Source: Octopus vulgaris
Lineage: Eukaryota
Length of the DNA stretch: 64,000 nt
Reading direction: 5' to 3'
Assembly (NCBI GenBank): GCA_951406725.2
Contig: OX597817.1
Location: 19,468,001-19,532,000, forward strand
Position numbers and translations under genes: made by a program. Position 1 is the first letter of the stretch; the number at the start of each line of letters is the position of its first letter. Shown here one piece after another: positions 1-12,886 of the stretch. Under the pieces are notes generated by a model. The model was not told the origin of the DNA. It worked only from the letters and a program-made list of their open reading frames with translations, and did not search any database.

Positions 1-661
1 TATTTCTGGATGTTCTCGGATGTGATATCATATATATTACGATTATCATGTAATTATCTGTTAATTTATGATCACATCCATAATAGCTACATTATAGACA
101 GAATTATTTAAAATCCTGTGTTACGTGTACAATATTTTGCTAATGTTCATGTTGCAATAAAGGTAAATGTTTGTTATTTGTCAGCAATGCTTTTAATTTT
201 TACTTATATTATTATTACCTGCATAATAATAGCGTGGTTAAGTTTTTCCTCCATATATTACTGCAATAATATTTGAAACGCTTACATACATATATTCATA
301 ATATTTAAAAGAAAAAATTTCGTTTACATACGTCATCGATTGGTTCGCTATCGAGTATAATCAGTTATAAATAGTTGGCAGACTACTCTCAAATTACTTG
401 TTAGGTACTTTAGGATGATAATGAAAGACAAAATGAGAAAAAACGTGGAAATAGTTATTCATACATATAGTTAAAAAAACACACTACTTCTGGATAATAC
501 ACACATATGCACACACACATATATACGCAGACAGGCATGCAAGCCCACACACAAGTACACACACCAGTACACACTCACGCGCCCCCACATACATCCTTTT
601 CGAAGCTCCTAGGAGACTATAAACTGATACACAAGCACTCAGTAATGAGTGCATTGCCTTC

Positions 662-734
<73 letters not shown>

Positions 735-762
735 ATATGCGTGTGTACGTATGTATACATGC

Positions 763-969
763 GTTTCAGTCATTTGACTGTGGCCATGCTGCAGCAGCGC
801 CTTTAGTCGAGCAAATCGACCCCAGGACTTATTCTTTGTAAACCTAGTACTTATTATATCGGGCTCTTAGGCTGAACCGCTATGTTACGGGGACGTAAAC
901 AAGCCATCATCGCTTGTCAAGCGATGTTGCAGCGACAGAGACGCACATACCTATACACACAAACATACA

Positions 970-1027
<58 letters not shown>

Positions 1028-1185
1028 CATATAAACGACTGGCTTCTTTCAGTTTCCATCTACCAAATCCACTGACATCGTTTGGTCGGCCTGAGGCTAT
1101 AGTAGAAGACACTTGCCCAAGTGGGACTGAATCCGGAACCATGTGGTTCGTAAGGAACCTGTTTATCACACAGACTCCTACGCCT
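763..1185 (-). mobile_element. tRNA-headed SINE, family A (internal CA/TA microsatellite)
   Basis: Minus strand begins with a tRNA-like head with B box GGTTCCGGATTCAGTCCC and a TTGGGCAAGT core. Homologous copies at 7240-7638, 44722-45097 and 52901-53363. Confidence 0.85.
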
Positions 1186-1261
1186 ATAATTACTGTTAAT
1201 TAGGCAATCTTTTTTCAAACATATATAATAATACCTCAATTTTTTGCCTTTATCTCACTTA

Positions 1262-1580
1262 AAGGGTAAAGACCCCCTTCGGTCATGAATGACCATGGGA
1301 TTGCACCTAGAAAGTTACCCTCCTAGACACAAGTCCGGGCAAGGTTGTTTATGGAAGACCAGCAATCGCCCATGCATACCAGCCTTCCCCTCTCCACGCC
1401 ACCGGTGTTATCCAAGGGAAAGACAAAGGTCGATACAGCTTGGCACCAGAGACGTCGCAACTCATTTCTACAGCTGAGTGAACTGGAGCAACGTGAAATA
1501 AAGTGCCTTGCTCAAGAACACAACACGCAGCCCGGTCCGGGATTCGAGCTCACAACCTCACGATCGTAAGCTCGTAAGCT
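1262..1580 (-). mobile_element. tRNA-headed SINE, family B (CORE-like centre, probable LINE-derived tail)
   Basis: Minus strand has B box GAGCTCGAATCCC then GTTCTTGAGCAAGGCACTTTATTTCACGTTGCTCCAG. The head/core is shared with the 39266-39783 copies. Confidence 0.75.
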
Positions 1581-1859
1581 CGTATCTCACTTATATATTC
1601 AAGAAATGCCTAACTCTGCATAAGTAACCGTATGCCCTTCACTTTGTGAAGTTAGTAAGACACGAATTGAAGGAGGTCTATCCGCTTTTTCTCGCATATG
1701 CATCTACCTTTTACATGTTTCCTTGTAGTGCTGTTCCAGTGCGACGTGTCGAAGCCTGGGTCGTTATTTCGGTGTTTGATATTGTTTTTTGCAAATATAC
1801 TTAACGATGGCTTTACACCAAGCACGTGTTCGTCTTTGCCCCAACAATAGTTGTGCACC

Positions 1860-2041
1860 GCCAACACCACCACCACCAACAGCACCTACTACTACTACTA
1901 CTACTGCTAGTAACACCACCACCATCACCACCACTACTACTACTACTACTACTATTACTACTACTACTACTACTACTACTGCTACCACCAACACCACCAC
2001 CAACAACAACTATTACTACTACTGCTACTACCAACACCACC

Positions 2042-2107
<66 letters not shown>

Positions 2108-2125
2108 GCTACTACCAACACCACC

Positions 2126-2184
<59 letters not shown>

Positions 2185-2240
2185 CATTACCACTACCACT
2201 ACTACTGCGAATGCTAGTTCCGCTGCTGCTGCTGCTGCCA
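1860..2240. repeat. compound (CAC)n/(TAC)n/(GCT)n microsatellite
   Basis: Directly visible trinucleotide runs, followed by an interrupted (GA)n at about 2264-2335. Confidence 0.95.
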
Positions 2241-3210
2241 CATCATAACGGCGTCAAGGACAGAAAGAGAGAAAGAGAGAGAGAATGAGAAAGAGAGAGA
2301 GAGAGAGAGTGAGAGAGAGACGGAGACAGAGAGACGCGGTACTTATATATACAATGCGAGCAAGTTATTTGCTGATAATGTGTATTTGAAGTTTTATTCC
2401 CAGGTCAAACGTCATGCTTTAGTACTTGATGTTGGTATATAAATCAAAACTTAACACATATATTAGTGTATAAGATAAGGTTGTATATAGCTCTGCCATA
2501 TTTAAAATTTCGTATGAAAATGTCTCACAAGCAAAAACGAAAAAAAAAAAAAGATAACTTTAAAACAGGTTGAACATGATTGAAATTATTAAACACGCTT
2601 CAATATTGTGCTGATTTTATTTTCACCACTATTTCCTGTATATAGTTTATTTGCTTCCCATTTGGATGGAACCTGACCGATGCCAATATAATTAATTTAT
2701 ATTTTAGCTTTAGATGGAAAACTAATGTCATTTGCATTTATTCATTCTGTAAATGTTAACTATCCGTTGGAAACAGATGCGCATATTTTTCTTAAGTAAA
2801 TCGGCTGTAATCAAATTCGGATTATGAGATGTATAATGTAATTTTGAAACAAATTTACTACAATTTAAGCGAAGACATTTACATATTATAAGCCATTATA
2901 ATGTTCAACTCACGTAGAATGAGGCGCCAATATAATTCTTTGGATGATGAAAAAGAAAAGAAAAATGCTTTTTCAAATATATGAGAAAATACAACATAGA
3001 ATAAAATAACGTTGTTTTTCCTTGTAAAATATTCCAGAAGTCTTGAATTAAAGAATTTTTGTATTTTTCTAATTACTTTTCATTTTTTAATTGTTCATAA
3101 AAGATAAATAATTCGTCTGCGTAGCTTGTTCAGACGAACATTTCAACCTCCCCTATAATTCATTAACGCATATATTTCGATTTTGCATAATCAGAATATA
3201 TATATGTATA

Positions 3211-3259
<49 letters not shown>

Positions 3260-3262
<3 letters not shown>

Positions 3263-3617
3263 TCGCCATACTAATATGGCATTCTTATAAAAATAAGAAT
3301 AAAGCTGTCCGCTTATTAGCTCCATGAGGCCATCGCCTTAAGTTAGCTATTTGATACACAAACTGTATCCATATAACCTTCGAACAGTAGCTGCCGGTCA
3401 AGTAGTGTGGAGCGACTGACCTCCTTTGTTCGAAGGTTATATGGATACAGTTTGTGTATCAAATAGCTAACTTAAGGCGATGGCCTCATGGAGCTAATAA
3501 GCGGACAGCTTTATTCTTATTTTTATAAGAATGCCATATTAGTATGGCGATAACTATTATTTTCCGGGAACGCTGCCGTTGTTCTCTTTTAGAGAGACTT
3601 AGTAATTTTAATATTTC

Positions 3618-3622
<5 letters not shown>
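3260..3622. repeat. fold-back element: 127-bp inverted arms (3260-3386 / 3427-3553), 40-nt loop, in (TA)n
   Basis: TTATCGCCATAC...CTTCGAACA is the reverse complement of TGTTCGAAG...GTATGGCGATAA. Long (TA)n tracts lie on both sides. Confidence 0.9.
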
Positions 3623-3688
<66 letters not shown>

Positions 3689-4225
3689 CTCTAATTATGT
3701 TAACAGTTTCAGCCAGATATTGTGACCAAGTCTGGCCAACTTGTAAATATAAGTTCTGAAGTATTATTTCCATGAAGCGTTGACTGACACACGCACACAC
3801 ACACACATACACACACACACACACACACACATACACACACGCTCACGCACACACACACACATATTTGTGTGAGTGTGTACGTGTATTTTAAACTATTTTT
3901 TATAAATCCAAAACAATACAATTTATTAAAAACTGCTAATGTATGTTTATGTTTTTTACTTTTATCTGGTATTTCAATATTTCAGCGTTAGTACACCTTC
4001 AGGAAATCTTTAGAGAAAACTTGTTGTTACCTCTTTTCTCCGAAGATTTCTTGACCCGTACTATTAATTTTCATAACTTGATTTGTTTTGGTTTAAAGCA
4101 ATATTTGAAAATACTTAGTAATTTAAATATATAGTTGTTCTATAAGTTGATTTGCTCAACCTTTCACGACTACAGAATTTTGTAGCTGTTTTGGTATGAA
4201 AATGACTTGCTCGGCTCAATGCATT

Positions 4226-4973
4226 CATTTATTACTTTATTGTACAAAGGGGACAAACATAGAGGGGGCAAACAAGGACATACACAGGGATTAAGTCAAT
4301 TACATCGACCCCAATGAGTAACTCGTACTTATTTAATCGATCCCGAAAGGATGAAAGGCTAAGTCGACCTCGGCGGAATTTGAACTCAGATTGTAGCTGC
4401 AGACGAAATACCTATTTCTTTATTACCCACAAGGGGCTAAACACAGAGGGGACAAACAAGGACAGACTTAGGTATTAAGTCGATTACATCGACCCCAGTG
4501 CATAACTGGTACTTAATTTATCGACCCCGAAAGGATGAAAGGCAAAGTCGACCTCGGCGGAATTTGTACTCAAAACGTAACGTCAGACGAAATACGCCTA
4601 CGCATTTCGCCCGGCGTGCTAACGTTTCTGCCAGCTCGCCGTCTAAATACCGCTAAGCATTTCGCCCGGCGTGCTAACGATTCTGCCAGCTCGCCGTCTA
4701 AATACCGCTAAGCATTTCGCCCGGCGTGCTAACGTTTCTGCCAGCTCGCCGTCTAAATACCGCTAAGCATTTCGCTCGGCGTGCTAACGATTCTGCCAGC
4801 TCGCCGTCTAAATACCGCTAAGCATTTCGCCCGGCGTGCTAACGATTCTGCCAGCTCGTCGTCTAAATACCGCTAAGCATTTCGCCTGGCGTGCTAACGT
4901 TTCTGCCAGCTCGCCGTCTAAATACCGCTAAGCATTTCGCCCGGCGTGCTAACGATTCTGCCAGCTCGCCGCC
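4226..4973 (-). mobile_element. composite SINE, family C: two bodies plus 7 tandem 55-bp copies of the 5' head
   Basis: Body GAGTTCAAATTCCGCCGAGGTCGACTTTGCCTTTCATCCTTTCGGGGTCGAT occurs twice (with variants). Head repeats start at 4602, 4657, 4712, 4767, 4822, 4877 and 4932. Flanked by the direct repeat CTCAATGCATT (4215-4225, 4977-4987). Confidence 0.85.
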
Positions 4974-5249
4974 ATACTCAATGCATTTATTTATACTGAC
5001 TTACTGAACTGCAATAATTGCCTTACTAATCTAGAAATACAAAGTTTCGTAATTTGGTCGTAATAATATGCACTATATACACTTCCAGCAATTACAAAAT
5101 TAACGACAGACAGTCACGCTTTTTCTTGGCACATAATTCTTAAATCTAAGTACTCTATGATGGTGTTAAACTTACCTGCAATATTGATTTATTTTTCAAG
5201 ATAGTGTAAAAATTTCGGCGCTAGCATATCCAAATATACTGGCCCGATA

Positions 5250-5468
5250 ACTTTGGTTTCAAATTTTGGCACAGAGTGAGCAGTTTTGAGACAAGTGTGT
5301 AAGTCCATTGTATTGACCCCAGTGCTCAACTGGTACTTATTTTATCAACCCAGAAGGGATGAAAGGCAGGGTTGACCGCAGCAGAATTTGAATTCAGACC
5401 GTAAATACAGACGAAATGTCGGCATGCATTTCGCCCAACGTACAAACGATGCTGCCAACTCAGCGCTT
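5250..5468 (-). mobile_element. diverged SINE family C copy
   Basis: Aligns by eye to the 4470-4640 body and head. Confidence 0.7.
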
Positions 5469-5639
5469 TAGAGGTCCCAATTATTGATGATAAACTTATA
5501 TACTTTACTAAACCACGTCAAATAAAGTTAAACATAATTTGAATTGAAATGAATGTTTATAGTGATAATGTTAAAAATCAAGTATTGTAAGACATTGCAA
5601 TTGATGTTTATACTCACACACACTAGTTTGATAATCAGG

Positions 5640-5948
5640 AAGCATTGTGTTTGTTCCTTCTCGAGCCACGCCTGGCTCATAAGGGCCAGTTCCTCGGTTT
5701 CATTGGCGTATAGTTCTCCAGCTGGACGGAACGCCGGTCCGTCGCAGGTGAACTGCAAGATGCAGGAGGAAAGAGTGAGAGAAAGTTGTGGCGAAAGAGT
5801 CAGCAGAAGTTCGCCATTACCTTCTACCGGAGCCGCGTGGAGCTTAGGTGTTTCGCTCATAAACACACACCGCCCACTCTGAGATTCGAACCCGCGATCT
5901 CTCGACCGCGACTCCGCTGTTCTAACCACTAGGCCATGTGCCTCCGCA
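5640..5948 (-). mobile_element. tRNA-headed SINE, family D
   Basis: Minus strand has A box TGGCCTAGTGGTTAG and B box GGGTTCGAATCTC. The 3' tail resembles that of the 39266-39783 SINEs. Confidence 0.8.
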
Positions 5949-6271
5949 GGAGGCATTTAGTGCTTCACAATCCTCTAATATTGCATTCTTCACATTCTTA
6001 AAGCAGAAGCTCCGATCACAATTCAAAGTAAAAATATTTTTTCCAAACGTTCAATCAGAATTCAACTTCGAAATTTGCAGCTTTAAATGACAACATTGTT
6101 TTTTTCACATTACATATCCTGTAGTCTGGTTGACTCTGCAACCATGTCCCTCCACCCGTCTCTGATAATCCATCTTTGCAACCAGATCCCTTCACCCGTC
6201 TCAGATCCATCCACCTTTGATAATCTACAGACTGAACAGGAAAGTCAACACTTGATTGGCCTTATGATGTA

Positions 6272-6585
6272 TTGTATTGGCATCCTTTCTGTCTCGGGAG
6301 ACAATGGAGTTGCGCATGAAGTAGACTAGTCCGGCTTTTATATTTCATGTCCTGATACATTTCCTGCTGTGGCTGTGTAGTCCTATCCTGGACAAACACT
6401 CTCTCTGGCAGGTACCGCAAATGTAGCGAAGACTGTTCCTGGCTGGTTGTAGTGCCATAGTCTCTTGTTTACGTTTCTTCCTTTCTTTCCATTTCTCCTC
6501 TCTCTCTCTCTGTCACTCCTTTGTATTCCCTCTTTTACAGTACGTCGCCATTCTCCACGGTTGCCGGCAACTGCCTCCCAACCGC
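6272..6585 (-). mobile_element. RTE-clade LINE 3' fragment
   Basis: Translates to WEAVAGNRGEWRRTVKEG and, after frameshifts, SRIGLHSHSRKC-stop. Ends in the short tail CCATTGTCTCCCGAGACAGAAAGGATGCC. This matches RTE C-terminal motifs as I recall them. Confidence 0.75.
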
Positions 6586-7239
6586 TAACATATAATAATG
6601 GCAGAATCATATCCCCAACAAAGATGTTCTCAGGCAAGCAGGAATACCAAGCATGTTTGGCGTTATGATAATGACTAATATAATCTGCTCACCGTCATCA
6701 GATCCTTGGCAGCTATGATTAATATTTTCACTCAGAAGATTGCTGATATTGTCTCTTCCAGTAACTTTGTTATCGACTACAAACAACGTCTAACGTCACC
6801 GTCACTGGCTTCAACACAGTCAGATACTTCCACCGGCATTGCTACCACACAATAGCTAACTACACGCCGACTCCCACTGCCATATGTGATGATAATAGAA
6901 GCAAAGATTGTAAGTCTTACTATAAATATTGTTCTTGTGCTGGTAATTTCGCTGGGAAGAAGTTTCATTGTAAAAGAATGGTTAGTTTCGTTGGACAATT
7001 AGAGCGGGGTGAATATTATATATGCTGTTGACGAGAGAATCAGTATTAGTTCAATATTATAGGCGTATAAATCTAGAAATGTGTATCAGAGGAAAAAGCA
7101 TCCACAAGCGGCAGTGGTGGTGAATGATACATGTCTATAATACATGTCTATACATGTGAATAATACATGTCGATACAAGATATACAAGAACATGCCTCGC
7201 GACGAATAAGGCAGTTTGGGTTTGCTACGCTATATTTTT

Positions 7240-7638
7240 TCTTTTACTCTTTTTAACTTGTTTCAGTCATTTGACTGCGGCCATGCTGGAGCACCGCCTT
7301 TAATCGAGCAACTCGACCCCGGGACTTATTCTTTTGTAAGCCCAGTACTTATTCTATCGGTCTCTTTTGCCGAACCGCTAAGTAACGGGGACATAAACAC
7401 AACAGCATCGATTGTCAAGCAATGCTAGGGGGACAAACACAGACACACTAATACACACGCGCATATATATACATATATACATATATACGACGGGCTTCTT
7501 TTAGTTTCCGTCTACCAAATCCACTCACAAGGCTTTGGTCTGCCCAAGACACTTGCCCAAGATGCCACGCAGTGGGACTGAACCCGGAACCATATGGTTG
7601 GTAAACAAGCTACTTACCACACAGCCACTCCTGCGCCT
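7240..7638 (-). mobile_element. SINE family A
   Basis: Head AGGCGCAGGAGTGGCTGTGTGGTAAG...GGTTCCGGGTTCAGTCCC. Same body as 763-1185. Confidence 0.9.
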
Positions 7639-10403
7639 ATGTAGATAAAGATATACAGAATCAAAGACGCAAACACTGACACACATATCTATGTGTATAT
7701 GTTTATGTATATGTATATGTATGTATGTATGTATCATACGTAAAATATACACACACACACACATATATATTCTTAATTGGCGGTGTCTATGTGTATTTGT
7801 CTGTTTGAAAGTATGTTAGTTTTGGTGTGATTAGTATCTGTTTATCTGTGTATATATCTCCAGTTGTTCTGTTTTTCTTAATCCGCTGAAATAACTGAGG
7901 TTATTTGTATATAGTAAACAGACTTGTGATACTTTCATGTATATATATGCATGTGCATGGTGTAATATAGATATTTATTGCCTTGTATATGACACAGGCA
8001 TTATATTCTTCTCCGTTTTGTCCTTTCTGTTATTCTCGCTCTCTCTGCCTTTCTACCTTTCTCCCTCTATAGCTTTTTTTCTTTTATATGCGCTATTCAA
8101 ATGCTTTTACTATACTTTCATTGTACATGCTTTTAAGCAGGAAGAAAGTCTGAATAAACACAATTACATTTGTACATTTTTTTATAAATATAATTATGCA
8201 TTATCTTAAATTATCAATAACATTCATCACCACATTAGGAACAGCATTTTATTGACATCAGCAGATTAATAACAAGAACTAAAAATAATAGCAGCATTAA
8301 AAGATAATTCCATCGACTGCGGCATCTTCAGTGTCTGCAGCAACAATAATACCATTACTCAGAATGCTTTTAACCGTAACTCGAAATCGACACACACACA
8401 TATACACACGTACTCCTATACACAATCGCCCACACAATTAATGCGAAAATATTATTTCACACACAAAGGCGCGCGCATAAACATATTTGCAGTTGTAATG
8501 TGTATGCTTGTGTTCCTATGTCTATCTGTATGTAAGCATGCATGTATGCATGTATGCATATATGTATGAATGTACTTATGTATGTATCCATGTATGTATG
8601 TATATGTGTTTATTTATATGCATATATATACGTATATATTTATATGTATACATGAATGTACGTGTATTTGTTTCTTCGGCTCTCTGTATATATAAGTGTG
8701 TATGTATGCATTTATGTATGTATGTGTGTATGCCTGTATGTATAGCGTCTTCATCCTTAGAAACAACAAAAGTGACATCAAGAACAACGATATGTATATG
8801 CACCGTGATGTATATATATATATATGCGCCGTGATCACCTGCTAGAAACAGTAGAAATATACATTTCGAAAACACATACTACCGTCTTAAATTTAAGAAG
8901 AAATCATGCGCAGCTCTAATCCGACACAACTTTAAAAACCAATGCGTTTATTATAGATGGGGGATATGTGATCATAATTCCGATTGCTCAAGATTGACTT
9001 GGAACTAAAAACCAAATAACATGCCGAAATCAGGGAAAAAATACTCTTCAATGAAATACCATTCTACTTTACTCACAAGATAAATACCAATAGTATACAA
9101 GAAATTTTACAATTTAACATTCGGTAAGTTTCTTATAGACAGCTAAAGAATAGCATTATCTTCGAGAGTGGTATCAACAGCAGCTGCAGCTACTTTAGGA
9201 TATCACAAATAAACAATTAACTATCGGAAGAAAACACCAGTAACAAATTCAGCAGTACACCAATAACATCGTTATCGACAGATAGGTAAATTTGTTGACC
9301 AACTTTCGGAAAGCTGTCGTTTATGACTGCTTTGTAATTGATAGAAAATAGGAGAGAAAATCCCCAAAGGCTACGTGGACGACAAGAAATAACAATATAC
9401 AAGACCATATAGAGATATATTAGAATTTATAAGGCTGATTAAATGCTGCAATGGCAAATGTTGTTGCTGATAGTATCAATAAGATAAGGCTTATTTAGCG
9501 AGAAATTGAGAACTTAGAGGAAAAAACAAATGGTGTTTGTAGAATGTGCCAAAGATTTTCTTTTATTTGTTAAAAATATTCACATCATGAAACGCTATTT
9601 CCTACTGTGCTAGTTGATAGACGAATAACACTGTAAGCTATTCTGATAAGATAATTCAAGTGATTCTCTTTTATACGAAGTAATGACTAAACAATATGTG
9701 TGACTAAATATAAAGGCATGAAACATCACATATATTATGACAAATAATTGGGTAATATTTATGAGAATAAAGATATTGGCGATGACATAAACGCAGAGAG
9801 AGTGATGAGATAATTATGATGATCACGATGATGATGATGATAATGATGTTGACGATGATGGTGATGATGATGATAATGACGATGATGATGATGATAATGA
9901 TTGCTACGGTGATGGGGATGATGCCGATGGAGATTGTGAAGATGTTGGCTTAGATGATATAAGCGACCGTGTTTTTAAATTTATACTGTATGTTATGCAT
10001 AATCATGCGTAGACCTGGTATGACTCATTGGTTTGAATGGATCTATTCGTGAGACATTATATTTTAAATCTCTGATGCATTCGGTAAACAAATCTCAGGC
10101 CATATCTCAGTCCTTATACAATATTATAACAGATGATTTATGAATAAGGCATGAATTATTATTATATTTCATAGAACAACTCATTTTATTTTTTTTTTTG
10201 GTATTTGGCATCTTATAAAATATTTTGTATTCTCGAAAAGTATTTCAAAATATAGATTACGATAAAGCCATTTTTCCTGTCTGTCTTTGTCTCATTCATA
10301 TTTACTCTCTCTATATGTGTGTATATGCACACGCACAAACACGCATGAACGCATACAAACACACACATGTTTATATACAAGATGGTACTGAATAGTCGAC
10401 TTT

Positions 10404-10540
10404 GCCTTTCATGCATCCGGGGTCGATTAAATAAGTACTAGTTACGCACTGGGGTCGATGTAATCGACTTAATCCGTTTGTCTGTCATTGTTTGTCCCCT
10501 CTGTGTTTAGCCCCTTGTGGGTAGTAAAGAAATAGAAATA
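10404..10540 (+). mobile_element. SINE family C 3' half
   Basis: GTCGACTTTGCCTTTCATGCATCCGGGGTCGAT... matches the family C body. Confidence 0.75.
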
Positions 10541-10752
10541 GGTACTGAATAGTTCCTGGCTTTAGGCGTTTCACGGAAGGACTGGTTGGTGGCCCAATAT
10601 TCCGAGTTCTTTTACAAGGTTTTGAAAAACTGAAGGACTGCTGCGATAAGTGTTTGAATCTGAAAGAAGGATATGTTGAAAAGTATCTTAATTACTTGAT
10701 CTATGGGTATTTCCTCTTACTCGAAACCAGGGAATTTTCAACACCCTTTCGT
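10541..10752 (+). mobile_element. internally deleted mariner (MITE-like)
   Basis: Interior reads LQGFEKLKDCCDKCLNLKEGYVEK, a mariner C-terminus. Degenerate TIRs CTGAATAGTTCCTGGCTTT / AAACCAGGGAATTTTCAACACCCTTTCGTA. Confidence 0.65.
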
Positions 10753-11192
10753 ATGTATTTGGGAGAGAAATGAAGAGAGAAGACAGACTGCACATATATT
10801 TGATCGCGAATATATAGATAATGAAAGCGATTAGAGACAACAAGATGCAAAGCACTAACTTATAGACACTTGCAAGTGACGATGATAATTTTTTAATAAA
10901 AAGTGTAATCATTTCATTGAACTTGTAAAGTGCAACGTTGTTGCTATTTTCTACGACAAATTAATATTTTCAGGGATAGGAGACCATACCCACACAAATC
11001 GTCGTGACTGATTACTAATGATTATATTTCATGTTTGTCTAAGAACCTCATGTACAAAATCTATTGAATTACTTATTTCTTATGTTCGGGAGGTTGAAAG
11101 CAGGTGTTAGACAATTTCAGTGGAGCGTCAGGCAAAATAATACTTACTATGTAGTTAGACTTTTAGCACTGGGAATTATATGTATATGTATA

Positions 11193-11262
<70 letters not shown>

Positions 11263-11274
11263 TATATATATATA

Positions 11275-12413
11275 CTAGCAGTATCGCCCGGCGTTGCTCG
11301 GGTTGTAAGGGAAATAACTATATAAGCATTTTTAGAGAGTTATAGCCAAAAAGTAGCAAAAAAATGCATTAAAAATTGAAAAAAAATTAAGGTAAATTTT
11401 TCTTTAAATCGTTGACACATCGTAGATATTTTTAGAGAGTTACTTCCCTTATATAAAAGCGAAAAAAAATGCATTAAAATGGAAAAATATGATGGTAATT
11501 TTTTTTTTAAATCGTAGACTCATCGTAGACGCGCGCTAATACCCAGAAGGGCTCGTTTGTTATTCTGGGTAACTTTCTGTAAAATTATTAAAATTTTGTT
11601 CAAACATCGCTATAGAAAATGGGTTATTAGCTAATATTCAATTGGGTATACAACAAAATTTTACGATAGAATTTGTTATTCTGGGTAACTTTCTGTAAAA
11701 TTATTAAAATTTTGTTCAAACATCGCTATAGAAAATGGGTTATTAGCTAATATTCAATTGGGTATACAACAAAATTTTACGATAGAATTTGTTATTCTGG
11801 GTAACTTTCTGATACCCATAATAATATTTATGGCAAAATAGGCCTTAATTTCATTTAAGGTTGTGGGAAATAACAAACTATCCTTTCTTTCGGTTTGTTT
11901 ACGTTTAGCGTAATGATTTCAAATAGGCTCATTCGAAAAAGTAAATAGAAATAGTCTAAGGCTTTACTCTTCTGGGAAAGTCTGTGGCTTGGTCCAGTTT
12001 CTTCAGAAAACTCACCGAAAGAAACAGTTTTTTAATTTTCACTCTATTCAGGTACCAATTCGTTTTCTTTATCGCTGTCGGATTCACTGTTTTCACTTTA
12101 ATAGCTGCAAACTTGCAAAGACAAAGGAGGAGAAGGGTGATAGCGTCAGTGAAACAATTCGCTCCCTTTGTGTGTGTGTGCGTTTGCGTGTGGTGTAAAC
12201 CAGACTAAGAAAAGCATTTGACACACACACCAGAATGTGAGTTTTCTGTAAATTTTGCTTAATTGGAGTTTAAATTTTAAAAACTGGACCTGGCATGACG
12301 CGATGCATTGTACTCTTAAAATTGCTAGGTAAATTGTAATTGAAGAAATCCTATATTGTAGATTTGTATAACTCCCAAAGGGAGGCAGATAAAATCTGCC
12401 TTTTATAATAAGA
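11275..12413 (-). mobile_element. non-autonomous Helitron-like element
   Basis: Minus strand: A|TCTTATTATAAAAGGCAG ... CCCGAGCAACGCCGGG hairpin, CGATACTG, CTAG|T. This gives TC/CTAG termini, an A-T insertion site and no TSD. Confidence 0.8.
11556..11811. repeat. 116-bp tandem repeat x2.2 inside the Helitron
   Basis: TTTGTTATTCTGGGTAACTTTCTG starts at 11556, 11672 and 11788. Confidence 0.9.
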
Positions 12414-12447
12414 TATATATATATATATATATAGTATATATATATAT

Positions 12448-12886
12448 ATTATAATTAATTTTATTGTATCGCATTTATCTTTGTTTACATATTCTCTCGA
12501 TAAATTTCTGACCGTTAGACGATATACCACAATCCCCTATTTTGTCGGGTTTGTTCTGAGTCTGCGCAGTGTTTTGAATAGTTTAGAAAGAGCATTTCGA
12601 TAGACGCACATGGGTCTATTAATATGGTCTTCCCATCATTAACAGGAATCTTACTGAAGAGCCAGCCTGAGTAAATAAATACTATTTTTATTACTGAATT
12701 TGGCGAAACTGCAGTATAAGAAAAGTTAAGTTTGTAAAAGTTTTTAATTTTCATCTCACTAAATTTATCCAGCTATTGTGTATCTAGTGCACTCTTCGCC
12801 TTGAATGTAATGATATATGTATAATATAAGGCGTGTACTGGTACACCGGCGATTATAATTAATTTTATTGTATCGCATTTATCTTT

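Noticed and set aside
4602-4973. Regular 55-bp repeats resembling a CRISPR array
   Set aside because: There are no unique spacers, the unit is the SINE 5' head, and the context is eukaryotic with no cas genes.
5880-5948. tRNA-like sequences here and at about 7570-7638, 17074-17135 and 39710-39783
   Set aside because: They have A/B boxes but no complete cloverleaf with acceptor stem, and they run into SINE bodies. They are SINE heads, not tRNA genes.
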